Source of the DNA: Desulfobulbaceae bacterium
GTDB lineage: Bacteria > Desulfobacterota > Desulfobulbia > Desulfobulbales > Desulfobulbaceae
DNA: 27,903 nucleotides
Direction of reading: 5' to 3'
Assembly: GCA_026990725.1 (NCBI GenBank)
Contig: JALXCX010000056.1
Coordinates: 1 to 27,903 of the forward strand
The position numbers were made by a program, and so were the translations under genes. The notes under the pieces were generated by a model that saw only the letters and a list, made by a program, of their open reading frames with translations, had not been told where the DNA came from and made no database searches. Positions 1 through 7,743 of the stretch are shown here, one piece after another. How positions within the stretch are numbered: the stretch's first letter is position 1; each line of letters starts with the position of its first letter.

Positions 1-1069
1 TTTCAGAAATGACCTGACTCTGGCGTTTTTTGCAGGCCAGAAAAGCGGAAAAGGCCTGAAGGACTTCGTCAAGGTCCAAGTCGGCAAGTACGGCATGGCC
101 AAGAGCTGTTTCCAGCTGGTTTCTGGCAAAGTCGATGGATAAATCAAGATAGTCGGCATAGACTGCTGTCCGACGTGCGAGCAGCTCTTCCGGGGGCTGT
201 AAAGGCCTGTCTACAATGTCACCTGCGGTGGCCCAGCAGACCACCTTTTGACCAAAGGCCTGATTAAAAAGGGTTTCAATCTCCTGGTTGGCAAAGGCAT
301 TGCGGGTGGTGAGATGAAAGGTCTTGCCACGGTTTTCCCTGTTTTTTGAGAGGGCATAAATGATGTCGGCAACCTTGTCGTCAAAGACAAAGGGCATGCT
401 GCTCTCCCGATGGCCCCGCACCCGGATGATGTCGGGGCTTTTCCCGTGTCGCCGGGCCGAGAGCAGTAAGCGGAAAATGGCATCGAGAAAGGTAAACGGA
501 CCAAAGTTATTGCCTGAATCGCCGGTGGGATGGCGCTCCAGGATGATTCCGGGCCGGTAAATGGTGACAGGGATGCTCCGGGTATCCTGTTTTTTCCGCA
601 AAAAAAGTTCGCCGTAAAACTTGCTCTGTTCGTAAAAATTGCGAAATTTCTGGCCCTGGTCGAGCATCTCTTCTGTGAACTGCCCCTGCAACCTGCCGCA
701 GACAAAGGCTGTGCTCACATGGTGCAGAGAGGCTCGGGCCGTCGAGGCCAGGGTGTATACATTGCAGACCCCATTCATATTCACCGGCTGATAGTCGGCA
801 AGGGATTTTCCCTTGAAATCGGTGCGGGCGGCAAGATGATAGACAGTGTCGATTTTGTCTGCAAGAAGCTCATGGTCTGCCGGAGACAGGCCGAGATCTG
901 GACGTGCCACATCGCCCTGCAGCCAGTGCAGAGCGGGGTGGGCGGCAAAGAACTCGGGCTTGGGCGTGCGGCAGAGTATGGTCACCTCGGCGTTGTTTTC
1001 AAGAAGCTTTTTTACCAGATGTCTGCCCAGAATGCCTGTGCCGCCGGTGACAAGTATTGAGCTGTTCAT
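1..1069 (-). CDS. Extended SDR / thioester-reductase (NAD_binding_4, fatty acyl reductase-like) protein; 3' end lies beyond the left edge
   Basis: Not in the ORF track because it is open at the edge. Hand translation from the ATG at 1069: MNSSILVTGGTGILGRHLVKKLL...GDVARPDLGL...VYHLAARTDF...HHVSTAFVCG...NFYEQSK...IYRPGII, with no stop to base 2 (356 codons). Has the TGxxGxxG Rossmann motif, HxAA and catalytic YxxxK. Start overlaps the U32 stop (ATGA). Confidence 0.9.
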   Translation of the reverse strand, partial: MNSSILVTGGTGILGRHLVKKLLENNAEVTILCRTPKPEFFAAHPALHWLQGDVARPDLGLSPADHELLADKIDTVYHLAARTDFKGKSLADYQPVNMNGVCNVYTLASTARASLHHVSTAFVCGRLQGQFTEEMLDQGQKFRNFYEQSKFYGELFLRKKQDTRSIPVTIYRPGIILERHPTGDSGNNFGPFTFLDAIFRLLLSARRHGKSPDIIRVRGHRESSMPFVFDDKVADIIYALSKNRENRGKTFHLTTRNAFANQEIETLFNQAFGQKVVCWATAGDIVDRPLQPPEELLARRTAVYADYLDLSIDFARNQLETALGHAVLADLDLDEVLQAFSAFLACKKRQSQVISE

Positions 1070-2277
1070 TCTGCCATGTCCTGCCGTTGTATCTGTTGCT
1101 GCCATTTTTTCCCGGCCTGGCGGGTTTCTCCACTGGTGGGGATATGGGTTTTCAGATGCTGAATGTTGTCTTTCATATTGGCAATATAGCGTGCCCGCAG
1201 GGCGTTGTCACCCCGGTCAAGTGCCTTGCGGCTCCAGGTATGGCAGTGGTTGCAGCCGTCGCAGCCCAGGCGGCAGTCCCGGTTTTTTTGGGCAAAAAAT
1301 TTCAGGAAGCCCTCCAGCTTGCTGTTGTCAAGGGAGATGTCCAGGGGACTCAGGGTTGTTCCGTCCGTGCATTTGTTGAACTGCTGCCAGTGGGGCCAGC
1401 CGAGCAGGTCAAGCAGGTTGCCGGAAAAGGACCTGCCAAGATAGGCCCGGCAGAGGCGGATGATTTCATCTTCCGGCAGGCCGCGTCCGGCCAGCTTGAA
1501 GAACCGGATACCGATATCTTCCCATAGACCCATGTCCTCAGGGCGGAGCCACGGGCTTTTGAGAAATTCGCCTTCACGGCTGAGTTTTTCCAGAAAGCAC
1601 CAGTTGAGATAGAACTGATTATAAGGGGTGCCACCGGGGTGTTCCGGGCTGTCGTGGGAGCCGAAAGCGGCCACGGCGTAGTGGTTAAACTTGTAATGAC
1701 ACTGGTAAATGCAGACCGTGTTGACGATCAGCTCAATGGGTACCGGGCTGTTGCTGGCTGCCGTGCGGAGAAAGGAAAAATCGCGGTTGACTTCAACATC
1801 CAGAACCACCCGGCCTGCGCCTGCCCGGTGAAACTGTTCCAGTCCGCGCAGGGAGTCCACATAGCCGATGGTGGAAACCACCACCTCAAGCCGGGGAAAG
1901 GTGGCGCTGATGATTTCGGCAAGATAGGGCACAGTCACGGTGACAGAGTGGACCCCGCTGTCAACAAGAAAGCCGAGAATATGCTCAAGCTCTTTACGGC
2001 CTTTGTGGGTGTATTCAAGATTTGCGTAGGCCGGGGCATTGAAAAGGTAGTTGAAGCGCAAGCCCCTGTCCCGGGCGTCCTGGACATGACGGGCAAACCG
2101 GGCGGGTGAGACCCCGGGCAGGTATTTGGCTGGCCGGGCCGAGTTAAACGCCCCGAACTGGAGAGAACCGTACAGCTCGAAAACCTGGTCGCCGCCCTGG
2201 CCGTATTCCTCGTTAAGCCCTGCCACCTTGTCCAGAAAGGAGCCGGTAAAGGTCGTGGGAACGGTGAGCTGTATCAT
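1066..2277 (-). CDS. Peptidase U32 family Fe-S protein (UbiU/UbiV/TrhP/RlhA superfamily, probably a hydroxylase-type enzyme rather than a protease)
   Basis: 403 aa. Shows ELYGSL, FNYLFNA, VSTI, LDVEVNRDF, VNTVCIYQC..H, NWC, KSPWLRPED and FKLAGR, the U32 pattern with conserved Cys, plus a C-terminal CRLGCDGCNHC. Confidence 0.8.
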   Translation of the reverse strand: MIQLTVPTTFTGSFLDKVAGLNEEYGQGGDQVFELYGSLQFGAFNSARPAKYLPGVSPARFARHVQDARDRGLRFNYLFNAPAYANLEYTHKGRKELEHILGFLVDSGVHSVTVTVPYLAEIISATFPRLEVVVSTIGYVDSLRGLEQFHRAGAGRVVLDVEVNRDFSFLRTAASNSPVPIELIVNTVCIYQCHYKFNHYAVAAFGSHDSPEHPGGTPYNQFYLNWCFLEKLSREGEFLKSPWLRPEDMGLWEDIGIRFFKLAGRGLPEDEIIRLCRAYLGRSFSGNLLDLLGWPHWQQFNKCTDGTTLSPLDISLDNSKLEGFLKFFAQKNRDCRLGCDGCNHCHTWSRKALDRGDNALRARYIANMKDNIQHLKTHIPTSGETRQAGKKWQQQIQRQDMAE

Positions 2278-3317
2278 TTGCTGCCGATTGCCTTGTCAAG
2301 GATCACGGTAGATTGTGCCAGTTGCAGATCGTAGCTTTTTCCCGGCTGGTTGCGGACAAGCTGGAGCAGGTATTTGCCGGAAACCAGGGGCGAACCGAAG
2401 CTGTCAGCAGTGATAACAACCTGTTTACTATCCCCCGGGGCAAAGGGTTGATCCGAATTGTTGAGGGGAGTTGAGGATGAAAGAGGGCTTGAGGGGTTGC
2501 TTTTTTCCGGTGTGATGATCAGGGAAAGCGATGACTGTGTATATTCTCCGCCCGGCAGGTTGTGTGGCAGAAGGTTGGTTACGCGGACCAGCAGGGAATC
2601 GTTTTCACCCCTTTCTGCCGTCATCTGCACGGCATTGGGAAACCCGGCCATGTCGGTAAGGTCTATCCGATGGTTTCGCACGGTATGTTGCTGTTCAAAA
2701 GAGACCAGCATCCGGGAAAAGATATTTGTACCCCTGGTCGATGTCCTCCTGACCTCCTGCATGTGGCATTGCTGACATTGTGGAACCCGGACAGCAGGAC
2801 GCTGCATTGTGACACGGCTCTTCCATGTGGCAAAAGTCTCTTCATGGCAAACGCCACACAGAGCACTTGAGCGGTAAAAGGCTGTATCCGCCTGTATCGG
2901 ATGGGGATATACCAGGGCGGAGCCGTCATGTGGGCCATACATGGTTTTTTGCTCCAGGTGGCAGGAGATACAGGAAATACCTTCATGACGGGACCAGGTG
3001 CGGGCTTCCAGCTCGTCTGTGCGGATGGAGGCGGGAACATGGCAGGCCAGACAGCTTTTCTCGTCATAATCGTCTGTGGCTTCACGGTAGATGGGGTCTG
3101 TATAAGAGAGATTATGGGCAGAACCCTGCCATTCTCTGTACTGATCTACATGACAGCTTCCGCAGTCGGCAGAGGCTGGTCCTACTCCACGGACAGGATC
3201 AACGGTTGTCAGATGGTCAAATCCTGTGCATCCCTGAAGCGTAATGAGAAATATCCCGAAGAAAAAAAACTGGCAGAGGGGGCGTCTTGCTCTGGCTGGA
3301 AATAGAGTATAAAGCAT
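2274..3317 (-). CDS. Pentaheme c-type cytochrome (c554/c-prime-like), probable lipoprotein
   Basis: Five CxxCH motifs (CGSCH, CLACH, CISCH, CGVCH, CQQCH). Basic/hydrophobic N-terminus ends in a lipobox-like LQGC. Stop overlaps the U32 start (ATGA, 2274-2277). Confidence 0.88.
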   Translation of the reverse strand: MLYTLFPARARRPLCQFFFFGIFLITLQGCTGFDHLTTVDPVRGVGPASADCGSCHVDQYREWQGSAHNLSYTDPIYREATDDYDEKSCLACHVPASIRTDELEARTWSRHEGISCISCHLEQKTMYGPHDGSALVYPHPIQADTAFYRSSALCGVCHEETFATWKSRVTMQRPAVRVPQCQQCHMQEVRRTSTRGTNIFSRMLVSFEQQHTVRNHRIDLTDMAGFPNAVQMTAERGENDSLLVRVTNLLPHNLPGGEYTQSSLSLIITPEKSNPSSPLSSSTPLNNSDQPFAPGDSKQVVITADSFGSPLVSGKYLLQLVRNQPGKSYDLQLAQSTVILDKAIGSK

Positions 3318-3374
3318 TGTGGGTTGGCCCTCTTTGAGCGGTCGTATGGAGGAGTGTCTTTATATTAGATTTCA

Positions 3375-3402
3375 AGTGTACCACATAGTGCTTAAATTTC
3401 AA
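3375..3402 (-). promoter_or_regulatory. Putative sigma70 promoter for the cytochrome-U32-SDR operon
   Basis: Minus strand reads TTGAAA-16 nt-TACACT, with TG in the extended -10 position (TGgTACACT), about 58 nt upstream of the ATG at 3317. Confidence 0.5.
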
Positions 3403-3434
3403 GATGCCCTGGGCTTTTTGTTCCAAGAGAGGGG

Positions 3435-4388
3435 TTATTCGTCTTCCAAGGTGCGGCAGAGACGGGCAAAACCTCCGGGAACAGTACCCGACGACCAGTA
3501 AACTTTGCCCTGTTTATAGTCCACAAACCAGTAGCCGGTGGGCTGTCGGGTTGCCTGAACAAAGATAAATGGCTGTTCTGCAGAAAAACAGAGCGGCAGG
3601 TGAAGCCCTTTGCTGTTTGGCCTGTTTTGCATCAAAGAAAGGGCCTCTTCAAGACTGGGCAGCCGCCAGTCGTCGTGTCCTTCGTGGTTCCTGGCGTTGA
3701 GTTCCCTGATCTTTTTTTTCATGGTGCGGATGGAGCAGAGGTCAAGGCCATACTGTTGCCACATAAGGTTTGTGGCTTCATCTCTGATAACGGGTTGAGA
3801 GATCGGGGAGGTCAACACGTTGTGAAAACCTCCGTCGGGGTTCTGGTCAGTATCAAAAGAATTCCGGTCAATAATTATTGAGCGCACCTGGTTATCGCTT
3901 AGCCTGGCGTTTCGTCCAGGCAGGATTACCTGGTGATCAGGTGGGGTAACGGCGCCGGGTTCGGGTAGAGGTTCTCCCATATCCTCAGCAGAGTCCTCAT
4001 TTGTCGTTATCGGCCGGCGCAGGTAGGGGCTGTTGTCTGGGTTGATTACTTCACGGATGAGCCAGGCCTTCAGTGCCGAATCAATGGGGAAATTATCCCG
4101 GGAAGAGCGGGTGCCACCCTGGCCGACAATGCAGTTGTAAAGCATTTCCTGGGGAGCTGATATTTCAGCAAGAATATTGACATGACGGTCCCCTCGTTCC
4201 ATCAGGAACAACCTGGGGCTGTTGCCCCAGTTGTCTATAAAAAAATAGCAGACTTGTTCGGTTGAACCTGTAAGTTCCTCCCGCAGTCCTTTTGCGGAGA
4301 ATGTGCAGAAGGCCAGGTCGGGAGTCATTCCCCATTCGATGGAATCTTTGGTAGATTGACTGAGTTTAATCTGTGCAAAATCAGGCAT
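3435..4388 (-). CDS. DVU0772-like N-terminal domain fused to a DUF1566 (Lcl C-terminal) domain
   Basis: C-terminal IRDEATNLMWQQ...GHDDWRLPSLEEALSL...YWFVDYKQG is typical of DUF1566. N-terminal IEWGMTP...YFFIDNW..PRLFLMER...LAEI resembles the DVU0772 family (from recall). Start moved to the ATG at 4388, which has GAGG 6 nt upstream. Confidence 0.75.
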   Translation of the reverse strand: MPDFAQIKLSQSTKDSIEWGMTPDLAFCTFSAKGLREELTGSTEQVCYFFIDNWGNSPRLFLMERGDRHVNILAEISAPQEMLYNCIVGQGGTRSSRDNFPIDSALKAWLIREVINPDNSPYLRRPITTNEDSAEDMGEPLPEPGAVTPPDHQVILPGRNARLSDNQVRSIIIDRNSFDTDQNPDGGFHNVLTSPISQPVIRDEATNLMWQQYGLDLCSIRTMKKKIRELNARNHEGHDDWRLPSLEEALSLMQNRPNSKGLHLPLCFSAEQPFIFVQATRQPTGYWFVDYKQGKVYWSSGTVPGGFARLCRTLEDE

Positions 4389-4486
4389 GGTCAACCTCAA
4401 ATATTAATAAGATAGAATATTATTATCAGGATAACCATGTGTCTTGCAATGGGTTTTTAATTTTTATTAAAAGAAAAGTTTTTGGC

Positions 4487-4515
4487 TTGACACGGGAATG
4501 GTTATTAACTACTAT
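4487..4515 (+). promoter_or_regulatory. sigma70 promoter of the perR-rbr cluster
   Basis: TTGACA (4487-4492), 17-nt spacer, TACTAT (4510-4515): near consensus, 33 nt upstream of the ATG at 4549. Confidence 0.7.
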
Positions 4516-4548
4516 TGAAAAAAATAACAATTGACAAAAGGCGTTGTG

Positions 4549-5229
4549 ATGAAAAATACCTTGAGGATGACCCATCAGCGGGAAGTTATTCTTGACGAAC
4601 TGGGTAAGGCGACAAGCCACCCGACGGCAGATTCGCTTTACGAAAGGGTCAAAAAAAGACTACCCAGAATAAGTCTTGCGACCGTCTACCGGAACCTGGA
4701 GATTCTCTCTGAAGTCGGACTGATCAGGAAGCTGGAAATCAGTGGCCGCCAGAAGCGATTTGATTGGGATCTGGAGCAGCATGATCATATTTATTGTGTT
4801 CAGTGCTATCGGGTGGACAATATCGAAATCAAGCGGGACCACAAGTTTTCTTTGCCGACAGAGCACGAGCGGGGGTATGAGATCAAGGGCTGCCGGGTTG
4901 AGTTTTTCGGCATTTGTCCACAGTGTCAGAAAAAGAACGCACGTTCTGAGAAAAAAAAAGGAGCAAAGAAAATGGCCTGCAAACCAAAGTCATGCAAGTC
5001 CGGAGGCGGGTGTAAAACCGGCTCCTTGAGCGAGCGCCAGCGTGAAGTGCTGGCTGCTCTTGCCAACTGCAAAAAGTCATGCGGCAGTAAAGATATTGCC
5101 GAGGTAACCTCTCTTGAGCCAAAACAGATCAGTTGTCAGATTACGGCTCTGAAGAAGAAGGGGTTTGTCGACAGCCCGGAGCGATGCAAATATGAAATAA
5201 CCCAAGCAGGCAAAAAAGCCTTAGCGTAA
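4549..5229 (+). CDS. perR: Fur-family regulator, PerR-like, with an extra C-terminal winged-helix domain
   Basis: HPTA, SLATVYRNL, RFD, HDHIYCVQC and GICPQC Fur-family motifs. Sits directly upstream of rubrerythrin, as in the Desulfovibrio perR-rbr-rdl operon. Fur family is firm; PerR assignment rests on context. Start taken at ATG 4549. Confidence 0.75.
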   Translation: MKNTLRMTHQREVILDELGKATSHPTADSLYERVKKRLPRISLATVYRNLEILSEVGLIRKLEISGRQKRFDWDLEQHDHIYCVQCYRVDNIEIKRDHKFSLPTEHERGYEIKGCRVEFFGICPQCQKKNARSEKKKGAKKMACKPKSCKSGGGCKTGSLSERQREVLAALANCKKSCGSKDIAEVTSLEPKQISCQITALKKKGFVDSPERCKYEITQAGKKALA

Positions 5230-5241
5230 GGAGACAAAATT

Positions 5242-5817
5242 ATGGGTGAATTAAAGGGGTCTAAAACAGAGACAAACATTTTGACAGCTTTTGCCGGGGA
5301 ATCGCAGGCGCGTAACCGGTATTCCTTTGCGGCAAAAGCGGCCAAAAAGGAAGGTTTTGTTCAGATTGCAGCGATATTTGAACGGACAGCAGAACAGGAA
5401 AGGGCACATGCAAAATCCTTGTTTAAACTGCTTGAAGGCGGAGAGGTTCAGGTATGTGCGTCATTTCCAGCAGGTACCATCGGAAATACAATGGAGAATC
5501 TGGAAGCGGCGGCTACCGGTGAAGAATATGAGTATAAGGAAATGTATCCGGAGTTTGCCGAGGTGGCTCAACAGGAAGGGTTTCCTGTTATTGCGGCAAT
5601 TTTTACCGCCATTGCCAAGGCGGAAAAGCAGCACGCAAAGCAGTACCGGGATTTTATCGCCAATCTGAAGGAAGGCAAGGTCTTCAAGCGTGAAGATACC
5701 GCTGTCTGGTACTGTTCAAAATGCGGTTACATTCATGAAGGGGTCGAACCTCCTAAAAAATGTCCTGCCTGTGCCCACCCAACTGCATATTTTGAACTGC
5801 TTGGAGAAAATTGGTAA
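5242..5817 (+). CDS. rbr: Rubrerythrin
   Basis: AFAGESQARNRY, EQERAH, GEEYE and AEKQH diiron ligands, plus a C-terminal rubredoxin domain CSKC...CPAC. AAGGAG RBS. Confidence 0.96.
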   Translation: MGELKGSKTETNILTAFAGESQARNRYSFAAKAAKKEGFVQIAAIFERTAEQERAHAKSLFKLLEGGEVQVCASFPAGTIGNTMENLEAAATGEEYEYKEMYPEFAEVAQQEGFPVIAAIFTAIAKAEKQHAKQYRDFIANLKEGKVFKREDTAVWYCSKCGYIHEGVEPPKKCPACAHPTAYFELLGENW

Positions 5818-5903
5818 AATATTTTTTGTTTTTTTAAAGGAAGATCAATAAATATATCGAATATCCAATCAATTAAATAAATTTTAACAGGAGAAGTATT
5901 CCA

Positions 5904-6497
5904 ATGAGCACATTAGTGACCAGGCAGGCGCCTGATTTTACAGCAACAGCCGTGATGGGTGACAATTCTTTTAAAGAGGATTTTAAACTTTCCGACTATC
6001 GGGGAAAGTATGTCATCCTCTTTTTCTATCCTTTGGATTTTACTTTTGTCTGCCCATCAGAAATTATTGCTTTTGATAAGGCTGTCGCGAAGTTTCAGGA
6101 GAAAAATTGCCAGGTTGTTGGCGTCTCCATTGATTCCCAGTTTACTCATTTGGCCTGGAAAAATACCCCGATCAATGATGGTGGTATCGGAAATATTCAA
6201 TATCCGCTTGTGGCTGATCTCGACAAGAAAATATCCCGTCAGTATGGGGTGTTGCTTGATATGGGAATTGCCCTGCGTGGAACTTTTTTGATTGACAAGG
6301 AAGGGGTTGTGCGTCATGCAGTGATAAATGATCTGCCTCTTGGTCGTTCCATCGATGAGGCCCTGAGGATGGTCGATGCTCTTGAATTCCACGAGGCTCA
6401 CGGCGATGTTTGCCCGGCCAACTGGAAAGAAGGAGAAGAGGCCATGACACCAACTGCTGAAGGTGTTGCCGATTACCTGTCAAAGCATGCCGGGTAA
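5904..6497 (+). CDS. ahpC: Typical 2-Cys peroxiredoxin (AhpC/TsaA)
   Basis: FFYPLDFTFVCPSE (peroxidatic Cys), GRSIDE and VCPANW (resolving Cys). Confidence 0.96.
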   Translation: MSTLVTRQAPDFTATAVMGDNSFKEDFKLSDYRGKYVILFFYPLDFTFVCPSEIIAFDKAVAKFQEKNCQVVGVSIDSQFTHLAWKNTPINDGGIGNIQYPLVADLDKKISRQYGVLLDMGIALRGTFLIDKEGVVRHAVINDLPLGRSIDEALRMVDALEFHEAHGDVCPANWKEGEEAMTPTAEGVADYLSKHAG

Positions 6498-6580
6498 TGT
6501 GGGTTTAAAGAGGGATTTGTTTAGGGATGTGAGCTTGTTTAGCTTCATCAGCAACGAAATAAGATAGAGGAGAAATATCC

Positions 6581-6955
6581 ATGACAAAGAAAAACGAAGT
6601 CTACAAGTGCCCCCTGTGCGGAAATATTGTCGAAGTGATGCATACCGGAGCCGGTGAGCTGGTGTGTTGTGGCCAGCCAATGGATTTGATGAGCGAAAAC
6701 ACTGTTGATGCCGCCCAGGAAAAACATGTCCCGGTTGTTGAGGCGGTCGGCGATGGATTTAAGGTTTCTGTTGGCTCAGTGGCGCACCCCATGGAGGATA
6801 AGCACTGGATTGAATGGATTGAGCTCATCGCCGATGGCAAGGTGTATCGTCAGAATCTGAAACCAGGTGATACTCCTGAGGCAACTTTTTGTGTTCAGGC
6901 CTCAGATGTAACAGCACGGGCATACTGTAATCTGCACGGTCACTGGCAATCCTGA
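6581..6955 (+). CDS. dfx: Desulfoferrodoxin (2Fe superoxide reductase)
   Basis: Centre I YKCPLC...LVCCGQPM; centre II EKHVP, HPM, HWIEW, CNLHG. Confidence 0.97.
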   Translation: MTKKNEVYKCPLCGNIVEVMHTGAGELVCCGQPMDLMSENTVDAAQEKHVPVVEAVGDGFKVSVGSVAHPMEDKHWIEWIELIADGKVYRQNLKPGDTPEATFCVQASDVTARAYCNLHGHWQS

Positions 6956-6957
6956 TT

Positions 6958-7167
6958 ATGGCCAGTGCCGAAGAGATGTATCAGTGCCAGACCGTGGATT
7001 GTGGGTATATCTACGATCCGGACCGGGGAGATCGCAGGCGCAAAATACCTCCAGGTACAGCTTTTACTGACCTTCCTGCCGACTGGCACTGCCCAAGCTG
7101 TGGAGCCGGGAAGAAGATGTTCAGGCCTTTGGCTGGTCCTGGCTCAACTGTTGAAGAAGGAATTTAA
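6958..7167 (+). CDS. rdl: Rubredoxin-like protein (Rdl type, C-x4-C first motif), copy 1
   Basis: [16 protein letters not shown]...[13 protein letters not shown]. Starts 2 nt after the dfx stop. Confidence 0.9.
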   Translation: MASAEEMYQCQTVDCGYIYDPDRGDRRRKIPPGTAFTDLPADWHCPSCGAGKKMFRPLAGPGSTVEEGI

Positions 7168-7181
7168 CTTGGAGTTGTCTC

Positions 7182-7400
7182 ATGTCTCAACCTGAAGAAA
7201 TGTATCAATGTCAGACAGTGAACTGTGGATATATTTATGATCCGGACAGGGGGGAACGGAAAGGAAAGATTAAAAAAGGCGTTCCCTTTAAGGATATACC
7301 TGAAGACTGGCGTTGTCCGGTTTGTGGAGCGACAAAAGCAGCTTTTAAACCATTAGGCGGGCCGGGGTCGGTTATCGAGGAGAATGCCGGTTCTGCGTAA
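7182..7400 (+). CDS. rdl: Rubredoxin-like protein (Rdl type, C-x4-C first motif), copy 2
   Basis: [16 protein letters not shown]...DIPEDWRCPVCGA. GGAG RBS. 44 of 69 aligned residues identical to copy 1 by hand alignment. Confidence 0.9.
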   Translation: MSQPEEMYQCQTVNCGYIYDPDRGERKGKIKKGVPFKDIPEDWRCPVCGATKAAFKPLGGPGSVIEENAGSA

Positions 7401-7432
7401 TTATTAATCAAAAATATGATTAGAGGAATAAC

Positions 7433-7591
7433 ATGAAAAAGCATAGATGTCTTGTTTGTGGCTATGAATATGATCCGGAAGTAGGTGATCCGGGCAATGG
7501 AGTTGCCCCGGGCACTGCTTGGGAGGATGTCCCTGAGGACTGGTGTTGTCCGGTCTGTGGTGCCGGCAAAGATGAATTTGAGGAAGCGTAG
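7433..7591 (+). CDS. rub: Canonical rubredoxin, 52 aa (below the ORF-track length cutoff)
   Basis: Hand translation: [52 protein letters not shown]. Has CxxCG...CPxCG. AGAGGA RBS upstream. Confidence 0.96.
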   Translation: MKKHRCLVCGYEYDPEVGDPGNGVAPGTAWEDVPEDWCCPVCGAGKDEFEEA

Positions 7592-7610
7592 TAAGTCTTT
7601 CTGATGTTTG

Positions 7611-7647
7611 CGCCCCATCGAACCCTTCCGGGTGATGGGGCGTTTTT
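7611..7647 (+). terminator. Intrinsic terminator after rubredoxin
   Basis: CGCCCCATC (7611-19) pairs with GATGGGGCG (7634-42); inner ACCC/GGGT stem; followed by T5. Confidence 0.8.
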
Positions 7648-7743
7648 GATTGTTGGAAGCTGATCGTTTTCCTCTTTACGGTTCTCGGGAGAAGGGGCAT
7701 CTTTCAACAGATAGAGAATAAAGGTACCATTTGAGGGTTTATT

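Noticed and set aside
211-1527. ORF-track entries 211-705(-), 530-1060(+), 846-1379(+), 1057-1527(+) and similar antisense or out-of-frame ORFs across the window
   Set aside because: Shadow ORFs overlapping motif-supported genes. The true gene at 1-1069 is in a different frame.
3435-3900. DUF1566 domain as a diversity-generating retroelement target
   Set aside because: No reverse transcriptase and no template/variable repeat pair seen in the window.
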